From Eledone cirrhosa (lineage: Eukaryota), in the NCBI GenBank assembly GCA_964016885.1, contig OZ024740.1, positions 290,284,001 to 290,348,000 of the forward strand: 64,000 nt of DNA. The letters run 5' to 3'. Of this stretch, positions 1 through 12,260 are shown piece after piece; position 1 is the first letter of the stretch; every line of letters starts with the position of its first letter. Below the pieces are notes generated by a model. The model was not told the origin of the DNA. It saw nothing but the letters and a program-made list of their open reading frames with translations, and searched no databases. The translations under genes and the position numbers were made by a program.

Positions 1-1280
1 GATATAATCCAATTGAGCTCTGCGATTGTTTTTTCATGAAGCTATTTGTATACGAGAAGAGTTCAAATTCGTCAAGGAGTTGGAGAATCATTTCACGATT
101 CCGGTTTGTTTCAGTGTCAAAGGGGAATTGTACATCGTCAGGGCCTAGTTTAGTATTGAAGTCGCCTAGAATAGTAAGGAAATTATGGGCAGGGACGTTT
201 TCAATGACTGATAGAAACCGGCGGCAGTTTCTTCATCACTGCTATTAGTTTGGCTATAGCAAAATATAAATGTGAGTTTTGGATTTGAATTGAACTCGGC
301 AACCATTATTCCATCGTCTATATTTTCGATGTTGATGATGTTCTCGCGTGTCTTTGATGAGAGAAGCTTATCGACTCTACGAATGGTGGCGTTATTGAAG
401 ATTTTGTATGCAGAAGCAGTGACAAGCTGGAAATTGTCAGATTTTGCAAACTTTAAGTCGAGATCTGGATGGAAATATCTATGCTCTTGAAGACTGATGA
501 TGTCAATAGCGTTGGATTTAGCGCTCGTTACTAGCTCATGAAGTATATCAAGAAGTCAAGTGTATTGACATTGAATGTGCTAAAGTTGGTGGGGTGTTTA
601 CACTTTAGGAGATGTTTTCATCTGCCTTCTGCTCTATTGAGAACAGTCTGCTTAGATGAGTCCAGTTTGAAGACTGATTCGTCATTAGTCTCAGAGGGTG
701 AGGTGTGAATTTCAGGAAAATCAGCTAAGGCAGGGGCTTGAACCCTGGGGCAAATCAATAAATAGTCCATTTTTTCGATAGCTGGAAACAAGAGCGCGTC
801 GCCAGGACTGCACAGGCCATTTTAAAGTTATTTAGCCCATAGGTGGAGGCATTGTTGATAGGACTTCCAAGCACCCTCTAGCTGGTTTTTCCATGTTTCT
901 GGGAGGCTTTCCTTCCTGGTATTTTTCATTGAGACTCAATCTCCAGGCTCGTGGCTTGGGGGCGCCTGCATGATCTAACTTTATTTAGGCTCAAAAATGA
1001 TGTTTGAGCCTTCACATATATGCACACACAGACAGGCATGCAATCAGTCACCCCCACCCCACCCCACACAGAATATACATATTTACATATGGCCGTTGAC
1101 TCTTATGAGTTCTTTCGCCCTTGGTCAAGTTTTGTTTTACATCCCGCATGGTGTCCAAAATTACCCTCCTCATCAAGCAAGCTTGGTGGGGGTTGCCAGT
1201 TTAGTCGCCGTCGACCGGACCGTGAGACAGTTTGTACTGGGTTACATGCTACTAGTAACACTCAAGAGTGACCTGACCCC
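1..1280 (-). mobile_element. Decayed RTE-clade LINE, 5' UTR plus start of the APE endonuclease (runs off the window)
   Basis: Minus strand ~590->240 reads TNFSTFNVNT...HELVTSAKSNAIDIISLQEHRYFHPD...AEFNSNPKLTFIFCYS, i.e. APE motifs TxN and LQE. Frameshifts and stops present. The 5' boundary at the TA/CATA repeat near 1280 is inferred. Confidence 0.7.
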
Positions 1281-1410
1281 ATATATATACATACATGCAT
1301 ACATAGATACATAGATACATACACGCATACATATATGAATACATAGATACACACAGCTATACATACATGCATAGGTATACAGATATATAGATACATGCAT
1401 ACATACATAC

Positions 1411-1700
1411 ATGATGGCTGCCCCCTCGTTATCGAGTATGGACATTGCACGATATAACATTATTAATAATTATCAATTGATACTATCGTGTAATGCCTGT
1501 GCGTGAAGATTTTTTAAAGTGAGGAAAGACTGTGCACTGAGTCAATCCCACTCTCTGAGCGACAGTAGCTATAACCCGAAAAGAAGAAAAGATCAACATC
1601 ATCGGTAACTACTGAGCCGCAGGTTTTATGTCGGAGTTATCGCAGTTTCCTGAGTTGCATTCTCCCAGAAGAATGCCCTGACAAAGGCTAGGAGTCCTTC
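1411..1700 (-). mobile_element. Short non-autonomous element with RTE-like termini, in (CATA)n
   Basis: Both ends resemble those of 4000-4415 (TGGCTGCC..CTCGTT.TCGAGTA.GG at one end, GAGTT....CC.AGAA...TGCC.TGACAAAGGCTA.G.GTC at the other). Flanked by CATA repeats. Confidence 0.55.
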
Positions 1701-1724
1701 ACATACATATATACATATATACAT

Positions 1725-3510
1725 CATCTTGCATCTCCTTTAACTAATCTGCAGAGGAACTCACTGGACGCTGGTTATACACCTGAAAATTCTCTGTCCC
1801 TGTCCGTCTTGCCAGCTTTCAAAAAGGGAAGCATATTTCTTGGCGTGTATTACTGTCCGATCTCACTCACCTCACATATTGAGATATTTAAGAGGGTGAT
1901 GGGCTCACCAATATCTCACTTCCTCGATGACAGGGATTGCCTAATACAGCTTCTGCATCACTTTGATGACATCCTATGACTCTGATGTTATATTCCTTGA
2001 TTTCAGCAGGGCCTTTCACAAGGTTGATCATAGCACCCTCTTGAAGAAACTATCCACCATTGAAATCTGGGGAAAGTTACTACAATGGATTAAGTGTTTC
2101 CTGATGTGGTCCAGGGAATACGATGAAGCTCAGCCAAAATCAGCACTGTGTTTGGCTAACTTCTCTTCAATAAAGTACCAGTAATGCTCTGGGTAATTGC
2201 TAGCCTTGTACCAAAAGTAGAAACAATTATTTATATGGCAGTGGATTGGTAGTATCGATAGTGGGTCGGACGCCATGCGTTGCAGCAGAGAGTTATGGTC
2301 CTTTACAATCTAAGTTCAAATCGCGCCGAGGTTGACTTTGCCTCTCATCGTTTCGGGGTCGATAAAATAAAGTACCAGTAATGCACTGGGGTAATTGCTG
2401 GCTTTGTACCAAAAGTAGAAACAATTATTGATATAGTAGGGTGTCGGACGCTATGCGTTGCAGCATAGAATTATTGCCCTTTACGGTCTGAGTTCAAATC
2501 CTGCCGAGGTTAACTTTGCTTTTCATCCTTACGAGGTCGATAAAATAAAGTACCAGTAATGCACCGAGGTAATTGCTGGCTTTGTGCCAAAAGTAGAAAC
2601 AATTATTTATATCAATGACACGATTGATGTCATCAAGCACAGCTACCTACGAATCTTGGCAGATGATTCGAAGCTTCAGAAAGTCATCAACGGAGTGGAA
2701 GACCGGTCGTGCCTTCAATTGGACCTACTTTCTATTATCCAACGAGCGAAAAATAAAAATACAATAAAAAAAAAAAACAATATGCTACTAACCGAAGATA
2801 AATTTGAACTAATCCTCGTTGGAAAAGACGATGCACTGAAGTTACCCTATTCTCTTCCATCAGGTGAAACCTCCGTGGCCTCTAACAACACCAGAGACCT
2901 TGGAGTAGTTATTGATAGCAATTTAAGCTAGAATACTCACATAAACAGCAAATATAACATGGCCTGCATGATATGTTCCTGGATTGTTGGAACTTTCCGG
3001 TCGAGAGATATCCACACAACCATCCTTCTCTTCTTTATATTTCCCCGATCCCACTTTGGATACTGTTGCTCACTGTGGACTCCTCATACGAAACAAAATA
3101 CCCCAGAGGTCTATTACAAAAAAGATAAATGTTATAGCAGGTCTTGACCATTGAGATCGACTAGAAAAACTCAAACTCTACTCTTTCCAACGCCGCCGTG
3201 GTATCTGTCTACTATAAAAGCAATTTTACCTCAACTGGTACCGCTCTCTTTAATATCATACCAAATACATAAAAACAGAAACAGATCCCATAACAATCAA
3301 CACCTCAGTGAACAAATTCCTCCAAGAAATTGTGGATAGACCACCTTCACACGGATATGTCTGCGAAAACAAACAATAAATCTTTACTAGAGTGGCCCAT
3401 GTTTCCAAAACATGACTGAGGTGTAAATCTAGATCTGAAAGACTTTGTCAGGTGGTGCTATTAAGTTAGGCATGGCCTGGGCCAACACTAGCCGAAACCT
3501 ATAAAAGTTA
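1725..3510 (+). mobile_element. Decayed CR1/L2-group LINE, 3' part (RT remnant), interrupted by SINEs
   Basis: DVIFLDFSRAFHKVDH (1963-2184), YINDT...ILADDSKL and RDLGVVIDSNLS (2610-2931). Its 3' tail GGCATGGCCTGGGCCAAC...AAAGTTA matches the minus-strand copy starting at 57481. Confidence 0.8.
2169..2611 (+). mobile_element. Tandem Nin-domain-type SINEs (one tail plus two units)
   Basis: Repeats of GTTCAAATC.CGCCGAGGTT.ACTTTGC.T.TCATC.TT.CG.GGTCGATAAAATAAAGTACCAG...GTAGAAACAATTAT, with a B-box-like GTTCAAAT. Confidence 0.8.
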
Positions 3511-3968
3511 TATATATACATAGACACATACGTAGATACATACATACAAACATACATACATATATATATACATACACACATACATACGTACATAGATATA
3601 CACATATATACAAACATGCATGCATACATACATACATAGACACATACATACAAACATACATACATATATATATACATACACACATGCATACGTAGATACA
3701 TAAATACATGCATACATGCGTACATAGATATGCACAGACATACATACAAACATGCATGCATACATACATATATACATACATACATACATACATAGACACA
3801 TACATACAAACATACATATAAACATACATACACATATACACACGTACATACATAAATACATGCATACATACGTACATAGATATACACATGCATATATGCA
3901 TACATGCATACATACAAACATACACGCACACATACATACATACATACATACATACATACATACATACA

Positions 3969-3999
<31 letters not shown>
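3511..3999. repeat. Degenerate (CATA)n microsatellite tract
   Basis: Direct reading. It is the source of the MYVC/HTYI pseudo-ORFs. Confidence 0.95.
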
Positions 4000-4001
<2 letters not shown>

Positions 4002-4415
4002 GGTGGCTGCCAACTCGTTTTCGAGTACGGCCACTACTTTATATCCATGTAGGAGAACCCCTACCGATGCGCTGAACGAGTGTGACTTTTTAGTCCAGCC
4101 AGCGACTTGTTAACTCTGGTACAAACACTACACTTGTGACAATTATTGACACATAGTGCTGGGCCCATGGTACCATGTGATGACAAGTGCAGAGAGATCT
4201 CCAGATATAAAGCAATGCCTGTGCCATGAAGCTTTTATAGTGAGCAAAGGCACTGCACAAAGCCACTCTCTTAACCAAGATGATATTTACCAAAAAGAAG
4301 ACCAAGTCAACATCATTGGATACCATCTGGGTTGCAGGTGTTATATCAGAGTTTTCCTTTTCCTAGAATTCTGCCTTGACAAAGGCTAAGGGGTCATCTC
4401 TCCCGGTGATTTTGG
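4000..4415 (-). mobile_element. Short non-autonomous element with RTE-like termini, in (CATA)n
   Basis: Termini similar to 1411-1700 but a different interior. (CATA)n on both sides. Confidence 0.55.
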
Positions 4416-4466
4416 ATACATACATACATACATACATACATACATACATACATACATACATACATA

Positions 4467-6962
4467 ACCCCTTCAAAAGAACAGGTTGAGAACTACTGGA
4501 GATCTGTATGGGAAACGGATGACGGATTCAACAGACAAGCTAATTGGCTAAAACAACTGGAACAGGACTACTGCCAACATGTCCAGACAAAACAATATGA
4601 CATAGATGGGTCAATACTGGAAACAGCTCTACAGAAAATGTCGAATAGGAAATCGCCAGGCCCAGACCTCATTACAGGATACTGGTTGAAGAATTTCACT
4701 TTCTATCGGCAAGATCTCATACGGCTGTTTACAGAAACCATTAAGGGCACACAAGAACTGCCCAGATGGTTATCAACTGCCACTACTCTCCTCATTCCCA
4801 AAAATAGCCAAACCACCCTTGCTAAAAATTACCGCCCAATTGCCTGCCAAAACATCATGTATAAATTATATACTGGGTGCCTTAACCTGTTCTTACAAGA
4901 TCACTGTGCTACCAACAACATCATAACACCTGAGCAAGCTGGTGGAAAGAGGGAGGTGTGGGGTTGCATAGATCACCTACTAACTAACAAAATGATTCAG
5001 GAAAAAACAACAAAGAATCGCAGAAACATGACTGTCGTGTGGCTGGACTATCAAAAAGCATTTGATAGTGTACCTCATGGGTGGATTATTAAGGCTTTAC
5101 AGTTAGCTAAAGTCCCACAACCATTAGTAGCTGCTGTTGAACGCCTGACCAAGAACTGGTACACCAATTTGATCCTTAGAGGTGAGAAGGAGCAGGTTAA
5201 GACTGATAGGATACATTACCAGAAGGGCATCTTTCAGGGTGATAGCTTGTCAGTACTACTCTTCGTTCTCTCACTGAATCCACTATCTTACCTACTCAGG
5301 AAACAAGGTGGACAAAGAAGTGGGCCCAGAAGTATCTCCCATCTTTTCTTTGTTGATGACCTGAAGTTGTATGGGCCAAATATCAATGACATCAAGAAAC
5401 AATTGGACCTCATTACACAATTTTCAACCGACATCAAAATGAAATTTGGTGAGTCCAAGTGTGCATATTTGGCAGTAAAACGTGGAAGAGCTGTGCCCTC
5501 CTCTAGAAATCTAGATATGAACGGCCTGACAATACAACCTCTGCAGTCAGGTGACAACTACAGATATCTTGGACAGGATGAGAATGTCAGATATGATGGA
5601 CCCATAAATAAGGAGAGAACCAGAACTGAATACCTCAGAAGAGTAAAAAAAATATGGTCATCAGAACTGTCAGCATACAACAAATACATTGCCCACAATA
5701 CCTATGCTGTGCCAATTCTAACGCCAACATTTGGCCTACTGAACTGGTCATTGCAAGAACTAAGTGAGATGGATGTTAGAACTCGTAAACTTCTCAGTGT
5801 TACTGGGAACTTTAACATCAATGGTGATGTGGATAGGCTATACTTCTCACGCAAGGAAGGTGGCCGGGGTCTAAAATCAATATTAACAACATATGAAACC
5901 CGGATAGTAACACTGAAGCAACACCTTCAACAGAGGAAAAAGGTTGGCGACCATCTTGCTCAGGTTTATGAGCATGAAAAAAGAAATATCATTAGAATAG
6001 CGACTGATCTGGAGGAGAGATATGGAATAAAGCCTGATATAAATCTCTCACCCAGAGAAATCGGAAGATCCTATTCAATGTTCAAACAAGGAAAAAAAAT
6101 TGACCAATTTACAGAGAAAGTTGTGCATGGATACTTGAGGCGTAAAACACAGACCATAGAGGGGATAAACCACTCAAAAAGCCTGGCATGGAGTTCCGAC
6201 AAGTTTATGACATCACACCTTGAGGGATATCTCTATGCAATACAGGAACAAGAACTCCCTACCAAATATCTGCTGCACAAAAGAGGAGGGCCAGCAGCTG
6301 ACAATAAATGTAGGCTATGTAAAACAAAGATCGAGGATGTAAGCCACATTGTTGCCAGCTGCGAAAGAATGTCATCTCGCTACTACCTCCCCATGAGACA
6401 CGATGGGATAGCTAGAACTATCTGGAACGCACTTCGGAAAACAAAATTAACAACAAACGAGGAAGAATATATTGAGACAGATGGCACTAAGGAATACTGG
6501 TGGAACCTGAAAATAAAAACTGCCACCAAATTAAAGCACAACCGGCCTGATATTGTAGTTTGGGACCACACATTGAAAACGTGTTCTGTTGTGGAGATCA
6601 GCTGCCCACTTGATGTAAACGTTGTCAGAAAAATACAGGAGAAGGAGGACATCTACGGACCATTGATGAGGAGCTTACAAATCCAGTATCCAAGATACAC
6701 CTTTAGCTTCATACCCATCATTATTGGTGCTACGGGTTATATACCAACCCGCTTGGACCAAAGTATGACCGAACTTGGATTTGCGGACAAAAAGCGCAGC
6801 TCCCTAATTCATAGTCTACAAATGGCTGCGATAGCTGGCACCTTCAAAATATGCAAAACATTCTTGCGATTCAAGGGATGACAATTTCTTTTCTTTTACA
6901 ACCTTGCCACCAGGAAGGTGGCCGGTCAAAAAAATATACTCGAAATTAAGAGAAAGAGAAAA
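4467..6962 (+). mobile_element. 5'-truncated R4/Dong-clade non-LTR retrotransposon
   Basis: Near-identical to 8724-11220. Starts abruptly after (CATA)n and ends GAGAAAA followed by (CATA)n. Confidence 0.93.
4638..6881 (+). CDS. RT, CCHC zinc finger and restriction-like endonuclease (N-truncated ORF of the R4/Dong element)
   Basis: KSPGPD, NYRPIAC, WLDYQKAFDSVPH, GIFQGDSLS, LFFVDDLKLY, CRLC..HIVASC, RHD, RPDIVV...VVEISCP. Confidence 0.9.
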   Translation: MSNRKSPGPDLITGYWLKNFTFYRQDLIRLFTETIKGTQELPRWLSTATTLLIPKNSQTTLAKNYRPIACQNIMYKLYTGCLNLFLQDHCATNNIITPEQAGGKREVWGCIDHLLTNKMIQEKTTKNRRNMTVVWLDYQKAFDSVPHGWIIKALQLAKVPQPLVAAVERLTKNWYTNLILRGEKEQVKTDRIHYQKGIFQGDSLSVLLFVLSLNPLSYLLRKQGGQRSGPRSISHLFFVDDLKLYGPNINDIKKQLDLITQFSTDIKMKFGESKCAYLAVKRGRAVPSSRNLDMNGLTIQPLQSGDNYRYLGQDENVRYDGPINKERTRTEYLRRVKKIWSSELSAYNKYIAHNTYAVPILTPTFGLLNWSLQELSEMDVRTRKLLSVTGNFNINGDVDRLYFSRKEGGRGLKSILTTYETRIVTLKQHLQQRKKVGDHLAQVYEHEKRNIIRIATDLEERYGIKPDINLSPREIGRSYSMFKQGKKIDQFTEKVVHGYLRRKTQTIEGINHSKSLAWSSDKFMTSHLEGYLYAIQEQELPTKYLLHKRGGPAADNKCRLCKTKIEDVSHIVASCERMSSRYYLPMRHDGIARTIWNALRKTKLTTNEEEYIETDGTKEYWWNLKIKTATKLKHNRPDIVVWDHTLKTCSVVEISCPLDVNVVRKIQEKEDIYGPLMRSLQIQYPRYTFSFIPIIIGATGYIPTRLDQSMTELGFADKKRSSLIHSLQMAAIAGTFKICKTFLRFKG

Positions 6963-7011
6963 CATACATACATACATATACATACATATACATACATACA
7001 TATACATACAT

Positions 7012-10000
7012 AAAATGGCGACCGTTGTGGTCAGTGTCCGATAATCGGACGTATGTAATTACGGCTTACATGAAGGCAACATACCATATATTGGAAAAAG
7101 TTGAGCTACATTACGCGGTAAGATTACATACAATAATTCTACATAAGTGTTTGAACTGTAAGTGTGTTGTAAAACACCTATTTATATGAACGATACATAC
7201 ACTTATGATATATGAACGATACATACACTTTAACATATAAATGCAACGTTGTTATATTACATTTATAAAGAAATATACAAGTAACGTTTTCGATTCCGAA
7301 ACAAAAATATGAGTCTTTGAACTGTGAATATGTTGTGAATAGGTTGTAGAACACCTATTGATATGAATGATACATAAACTTTAACATATAAATACAGCGT
7401 TGTTATATTATATTACATTCATAAAGGAATATACTAAATAACGGTTCTTTTTGTTCTCGATTCAAACGATTCAAGAACAACGTTTAAAACACAGTTGTAG
7501 AATTAAAAACTAACTGAAAAGAAATATTACCCAAGCTGTGAATAACTTTAAATTTGATTCTGACAGAACTTTGTCGTAACTTTTAAAGAAGATCATCGAC
7601 TATTTTGAAAAATAAATATGAAATATTAGTGAATAGACGAACTCATCATGGCAAAAAGTACAAGTCTCCTTCGACCAAATCGCAATTACAACCGTTGTAC
7701 ACAGTGGAGCTACGAGCTTAACAAAGTATTATATGAAGCATACAAACAATCTGAACCCCAAAAGTTCGGTTTTATGCAAAGGATAAAAACTTTATGGAAC
7801 TCCAAACACCCAGAATTAGACTTTTCTCCAAAGCATCTAAATGAACAGGCAAAACGTATCATTAGATGTAAATTGAAACATCTAACGGAATTGAGTGATA
7901 CTACAAATACAGCCCTTGTAGACAACCACCCCACCTCCACTGACAGACAAAGAGAATGGCCAGCTAAATCTAACAATTTTGCTGAAATCCATCCCACTTC
8001 CACTGAAGAACAGCGAGAAAGGTCAGCTGACTCTAGTAGTAATTGTCACCACATCAACAACGAGGCTGAAATTCATGACTCTACTGAACAAACAGAGCAC
8101 CAAAAACTTGTGGGCTCCCTACAAGTGATATGGAACGATATGTTTCAAGAGATACACAGCCTTAATGTGAGTGACAGACCATACAACACTAGAATCAGTA
8201 AAGAACCCACTAAATTGGAATTGGAAGCGGTGAACGAAATAGCTGGCAGTTATCTGAAGGCTATACGATCTAAAGGTGTAGAAACGACATTTGAAACGCT
8301 TAATGTTTTGTTATATGTTTCAGCTGTCACATTACTATCATATAACACACATCTAAAACCACGCAATCAAGATACAAGCAGAAAGCCTGAACCAGCGTGG
8401 ATGCGAAATTTAAAAACCAAAATTTTGTCCCTGAGACGAAGTATCTCACACATCGCAGTCGTTATGAAATGCAACATAGAGAGCAACCTCACACGACACC
8501 AGGAAGACCTAAAGAAAAAGTTAGAGAGACGATTTGGAGATACAAAATTTAAAACTTTGAACTCCAAATTACACCAGTTGAAACAACAACTCACAGCTAC
8601 AACAGAAAGACTGAAATATAAGTCAACAGCACATAAACGACAAGTGCTAAATAGATTGTTTGCCAGAGATCCTAAATCAGTCTATCGCAGCTTCGGTGGC
8701 AAAAGCTCAATCTCTGTAAATGACACCCCTTTAAAAGAACAGGTTGAGAGCTACTGGAGATCTGTATGGGAAACGGATGACGGATTCAACAGACAAGCTA
8801 ATTGGCTAAAAGAACTGGAACAGGACTACTGCCAACATGTCCAGACAAAACAATATGACATAGATGGGTCAATACTGGAAACAGCTCTACAGAAAATGTC
8901 GAATAGGAAATCGCCAGGCCCAGACCTCATTACAGGATACTGGTTGAAGAATTTCACTTTCTATCGGCAAGATCTCATACGGCTGTTTACAGAAACCATT
9001 AAGGGCACACAAGAACTGCCCAGATGGTTATCAACTGCCTCTACTCTCCCCATTCCCCAAAATAGCCAAACCACCCTTACTAAAAATTACCGCCCAATTG
9101 CCTGCCAAAACATCATGTATAAATTATATACTGGGTACCTTAACCTGTTCTTACAGGATCACTGTGCTACCAACAACATCATAACACCTGAGCAAGCTGG
9201 TGGAAAGAGGGAGGTGTGGGGTTGCATAGATCACCTACTAACTAACAAAATGATTCAGGAAAAAACAACAAAGAATCGCAGAAACATGACTGTCGTGTGG
9301 CTGGACTATCAAAAAGCATTTGATAGTGTACCTCATGGGTGGATTGTTAAGGCTTTACAGTTAGCTAAAGTCCCACAACCATTGGTAGCTGCTGTTGAAC
9401 GCCTAACCAAGAACTGGTACACCAGTTTGATCCTTAGAGGTGAGAAGGAGCAGGTTAAGACTGATAAGATACATTACCAGAAGGGCATCTTTCAGGGTGA
9501 TAGCTTGTCAGTGCTACTCTTCGTTCTCTCACTGAATCCACTATCTTACCTACTCAGGAAACAAGGTGGACAAAGAAGTGGGGCCAGAAGTATCTCCCAT
9601 CTTTTCTTTGTTGATGACCTGAAGTTGTATGGGCCAAATATCAATGACATCAAGAAACAATTGGACCTCATTACACAATTTTCAACCGACATCAAAATGA
9701 AATTTGGTGAGTCCAAGTGTGCATATTTGGCAGTAAAACGTGGAAGAGCTGTGCCCTTCTCTAGAAATCTAGAGATGAACGGCCTGACAATACAACCTCT
9801 GCAGTCAGGTGACAACTACAGATATCTTGGACAGGATGAGAATGTCAGATATGATGGACCCATAAATAAGGAGAGAACCAGAACTGAATACCTCAGAAGA
9901 GTAAAGAAAATATGGTCATCAGAACTGTCAGCATACAACAAATACATTGCCCACAATACTTATGCTGTGCCAATTCTAACGCCAACATTTGGCCTACTGA

Positions 10001-11220
10001 ACTGGTCATTGCAAGAACTAAGTAAGATGGATGTTAGAACTCGAAAACTTCTCAGTGTTACTGAGAACTTTAACATCAATGGTGATGTGGATAGGCTATA
10101 CTTCTCACGCAAGGAAGGTCACCGGGGTCTAAAATCAATATTAACAACATATGAGACCCGGATAGTAACACTGAAGCAACACCTTCAACAGAGGAAAAAG
10201 GTTGGCAACCATCTTGCCCAGGTTTATGACCATGAAAAAAGAAATATCATTAGAATAGCGACTGATCTGGAGGAGAGATATGGAATAAAGCCTGATATAA
10301 ATCTCTCACCCAGAGAAATCGGAAGATCCTATTCAATGTTCAAACAAGATAAAAAAATTGACCAATTTACAGAAAAAGTTGTGCATGGATGCTTGAGGCG
10401 TAAAACACAGACCATAGAGGGGATAAACCACTCAAAAAGCCTGGCATGGAGTTCTGACAAGTTTATGACATCACACCTTGAGGGATATCTCTATGCAATA
10501 CAGGAACAAGAACTCCCTACCAAATATCTGCTGCACAAAAGAGGAGGGCCAGCAGCTGAAAATAAATGTAGGCTATGTAAAACAAAGATCGAGGATGTAA
10601 GCCACATTGTTGCCAGCTGCGAAAGAATGGCATCTCGCTACTACCTCCCCATGAGACACGATGGGATAGCTAGAACCATCTGGAACGTACTTCGGAAAAC
10701 AAAATTAACAACAAACGAGGAAGAATATATTGAGACAGATGGCACTAAGGAATACTGGTGGAACCTGAAAATAAAAACTGCCACCAAATTAAAGCACAAC
10801 CGGCCTGATATTGTAGTTTGGGACCACACATTGAAAACGTGTTCTGTTGTGGAGATCAGCTGCCCACTTGATGTAAACGTTGTCAGAAAAATACAGGAGA
10901 AGGAGGACATCTACGGACCATTGATGAGGAGTTTACAAATCCAGTATCCAAGATACACCTTTAGCTTCATACCCATCATTATTGGTGCTACGGGTTATAT
11001 ACCAACCCGCTTGGACCAAAGTATGACTGAACTTGGATTTGCGGACAAAAAGCGCAGCTCCCTAATTCATAGTCTACAAATGGCTGCGATAGCTGGCACC
11101 TTCAAAATATGCAAAACATTCTTGCGATTCAAGGGATGACAATTTCTTTTCTTTTACAACCTTGCCACCAGGAAGGTGGCCGGTCAAAAAAATATACTCG
11201 AAATTAAGAGAAAGAGAAAA
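7012..11220 (+). mobile_element. Full-length R4/Dong-clade non-LTR retrotransposon
   Basis: ~635-bp 5' UTR directly after the (CATA)n spacer, a single long ORF, and an ~80-bp 3' UTR identical to the upstream copy, followed by CATA. Confidence 0.93.
7648..11139 (+). CDS. 1163-aa retrotransposon protein: N-terminal domain, RT, CCHC, RLE
   Basis: Uninterrupted ORF. N-terminal W..ELN...Y...W motif like R4/Dong proteins, FVDD RT core, PD..E-type RLE. Confidence 0.93.
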   Translation: MAKSTSLLRPNRNYNRCTQWSYELNKVLYEAYKQSEPQKFGFMQRIKTLWNSKHPELDFSPKHLNEQAKRIIRCKLKHLTELSDTTNTALVDNHPTSTDRQREWPAKSNNFAEIHPTSTEEQRERSADSSSNCHHINNEAEIHDSTEQTEHQKLVGSLQVIWNDMFQEIHSLNVSDRPYNTRISKEPTKLELEAVNEIAGSYLKAIRSKGVETTFETLNVLLYVSAVTLLSYNTHLKPRNQDTSRKPEPAWMRNLKTKILSLRRSISHIAVVMKCNIESNLTRHQEDLKKKLERRFGDTKFKTLNSKLHQLKQQLTATTERLKYKSTAHKRQVLNRLFARDPKSVYRSFGGKSSISVNDTPLKEQVESYWRSVWETDDGFNRQANWLKELEQDYCQHVQTKQYDIDGSILETALQKMSNRKSPGPDLITGYWLKNFTFYRQDLIRLFTETIKGTQELPRWLSTASTLPIPQNSQTTLTKNYRPIACQNIMYKLYTGYLNLFLQDHCATNNIITPEQAGGKREVWGCIDHLLTNKMIQEKTTKNRRNMTVVWLDYQKAFDSVPHGWIVKALQLAKVPQPLVAAVERLTKNWYTSLILRGEKEQVKTDKIHYQKGIFQGDSLSVLLFVLSLNPLSYLLRKQGGQRSGARSISHLFFVDDLKLYGPNINDIKKQLDLITQFSTDIKMKFGESKCAYLAVKRGRAVPFSRNLEMNGLTIQPLQSGDNYRYLGQDENVRYDGPINKERTRTEYLRRVKKIWSSELSAYNKYIAHNTYAVPILTPTFGLLNWSLQELSKMDVRTRKLLSVTENFNINGDVDRLYFSRKEGHRGLKSILTTYETRIVTLKQHLQQRKKVGNHLAQVYDHEKRNIIRIATDLEERYGIKPDINLSPREIGRSYSMFKQDKKIDQFTEKVVHGCLRRKTQTIEGINHSKSLAWSSDKFMTSHLEGYLYAIQEQELPTKYLLHKRGGPAAENKCRLCKTKIEDVSHIVASCERMASRYYLPMRHDGIARTIWNVLRKTKLTTNEEEYIETDGTKEYWWNLKIKTATKLKHNRPDIVVWDHTLKTCSVVEISCPLDVNVVRKIQEKEDIYGPLMRSLQIQYPRYTFSFIPIIIGATGYIPTRLDQSMTELGFADKKRSSLIHSLQMAAIAGTFKICKTFLRFKG

Positions 11221-11539
11221 CATATAATTCTAATAATATTTCATCTATGAGAAAACCAATACAATTGAAGGTTTAAAGAGTGTGAATACTCTACGGCCCC
11301 TCTAGCATTCAATTACTGTTCCGTGTCACGTTGAATAAAACTACTGAACTGTAAATGTACTATTAAATGCCTCCATTGTGTTGTTTTAATGAGGTGGAGT
11401 GAAATGGAATGAGTGCCGTGGAGATGTGTACAGATATGGTGAAACAAATAGAGAAAGATTGATTAGGAGTTGGAATAAAGGTAAGCGTGTGTATTATGTA
11501 TATGTGGATGTAGTTGTGTGTGTACACACACAACTACAT

Positions 11540-12260
<721 letters not shown>

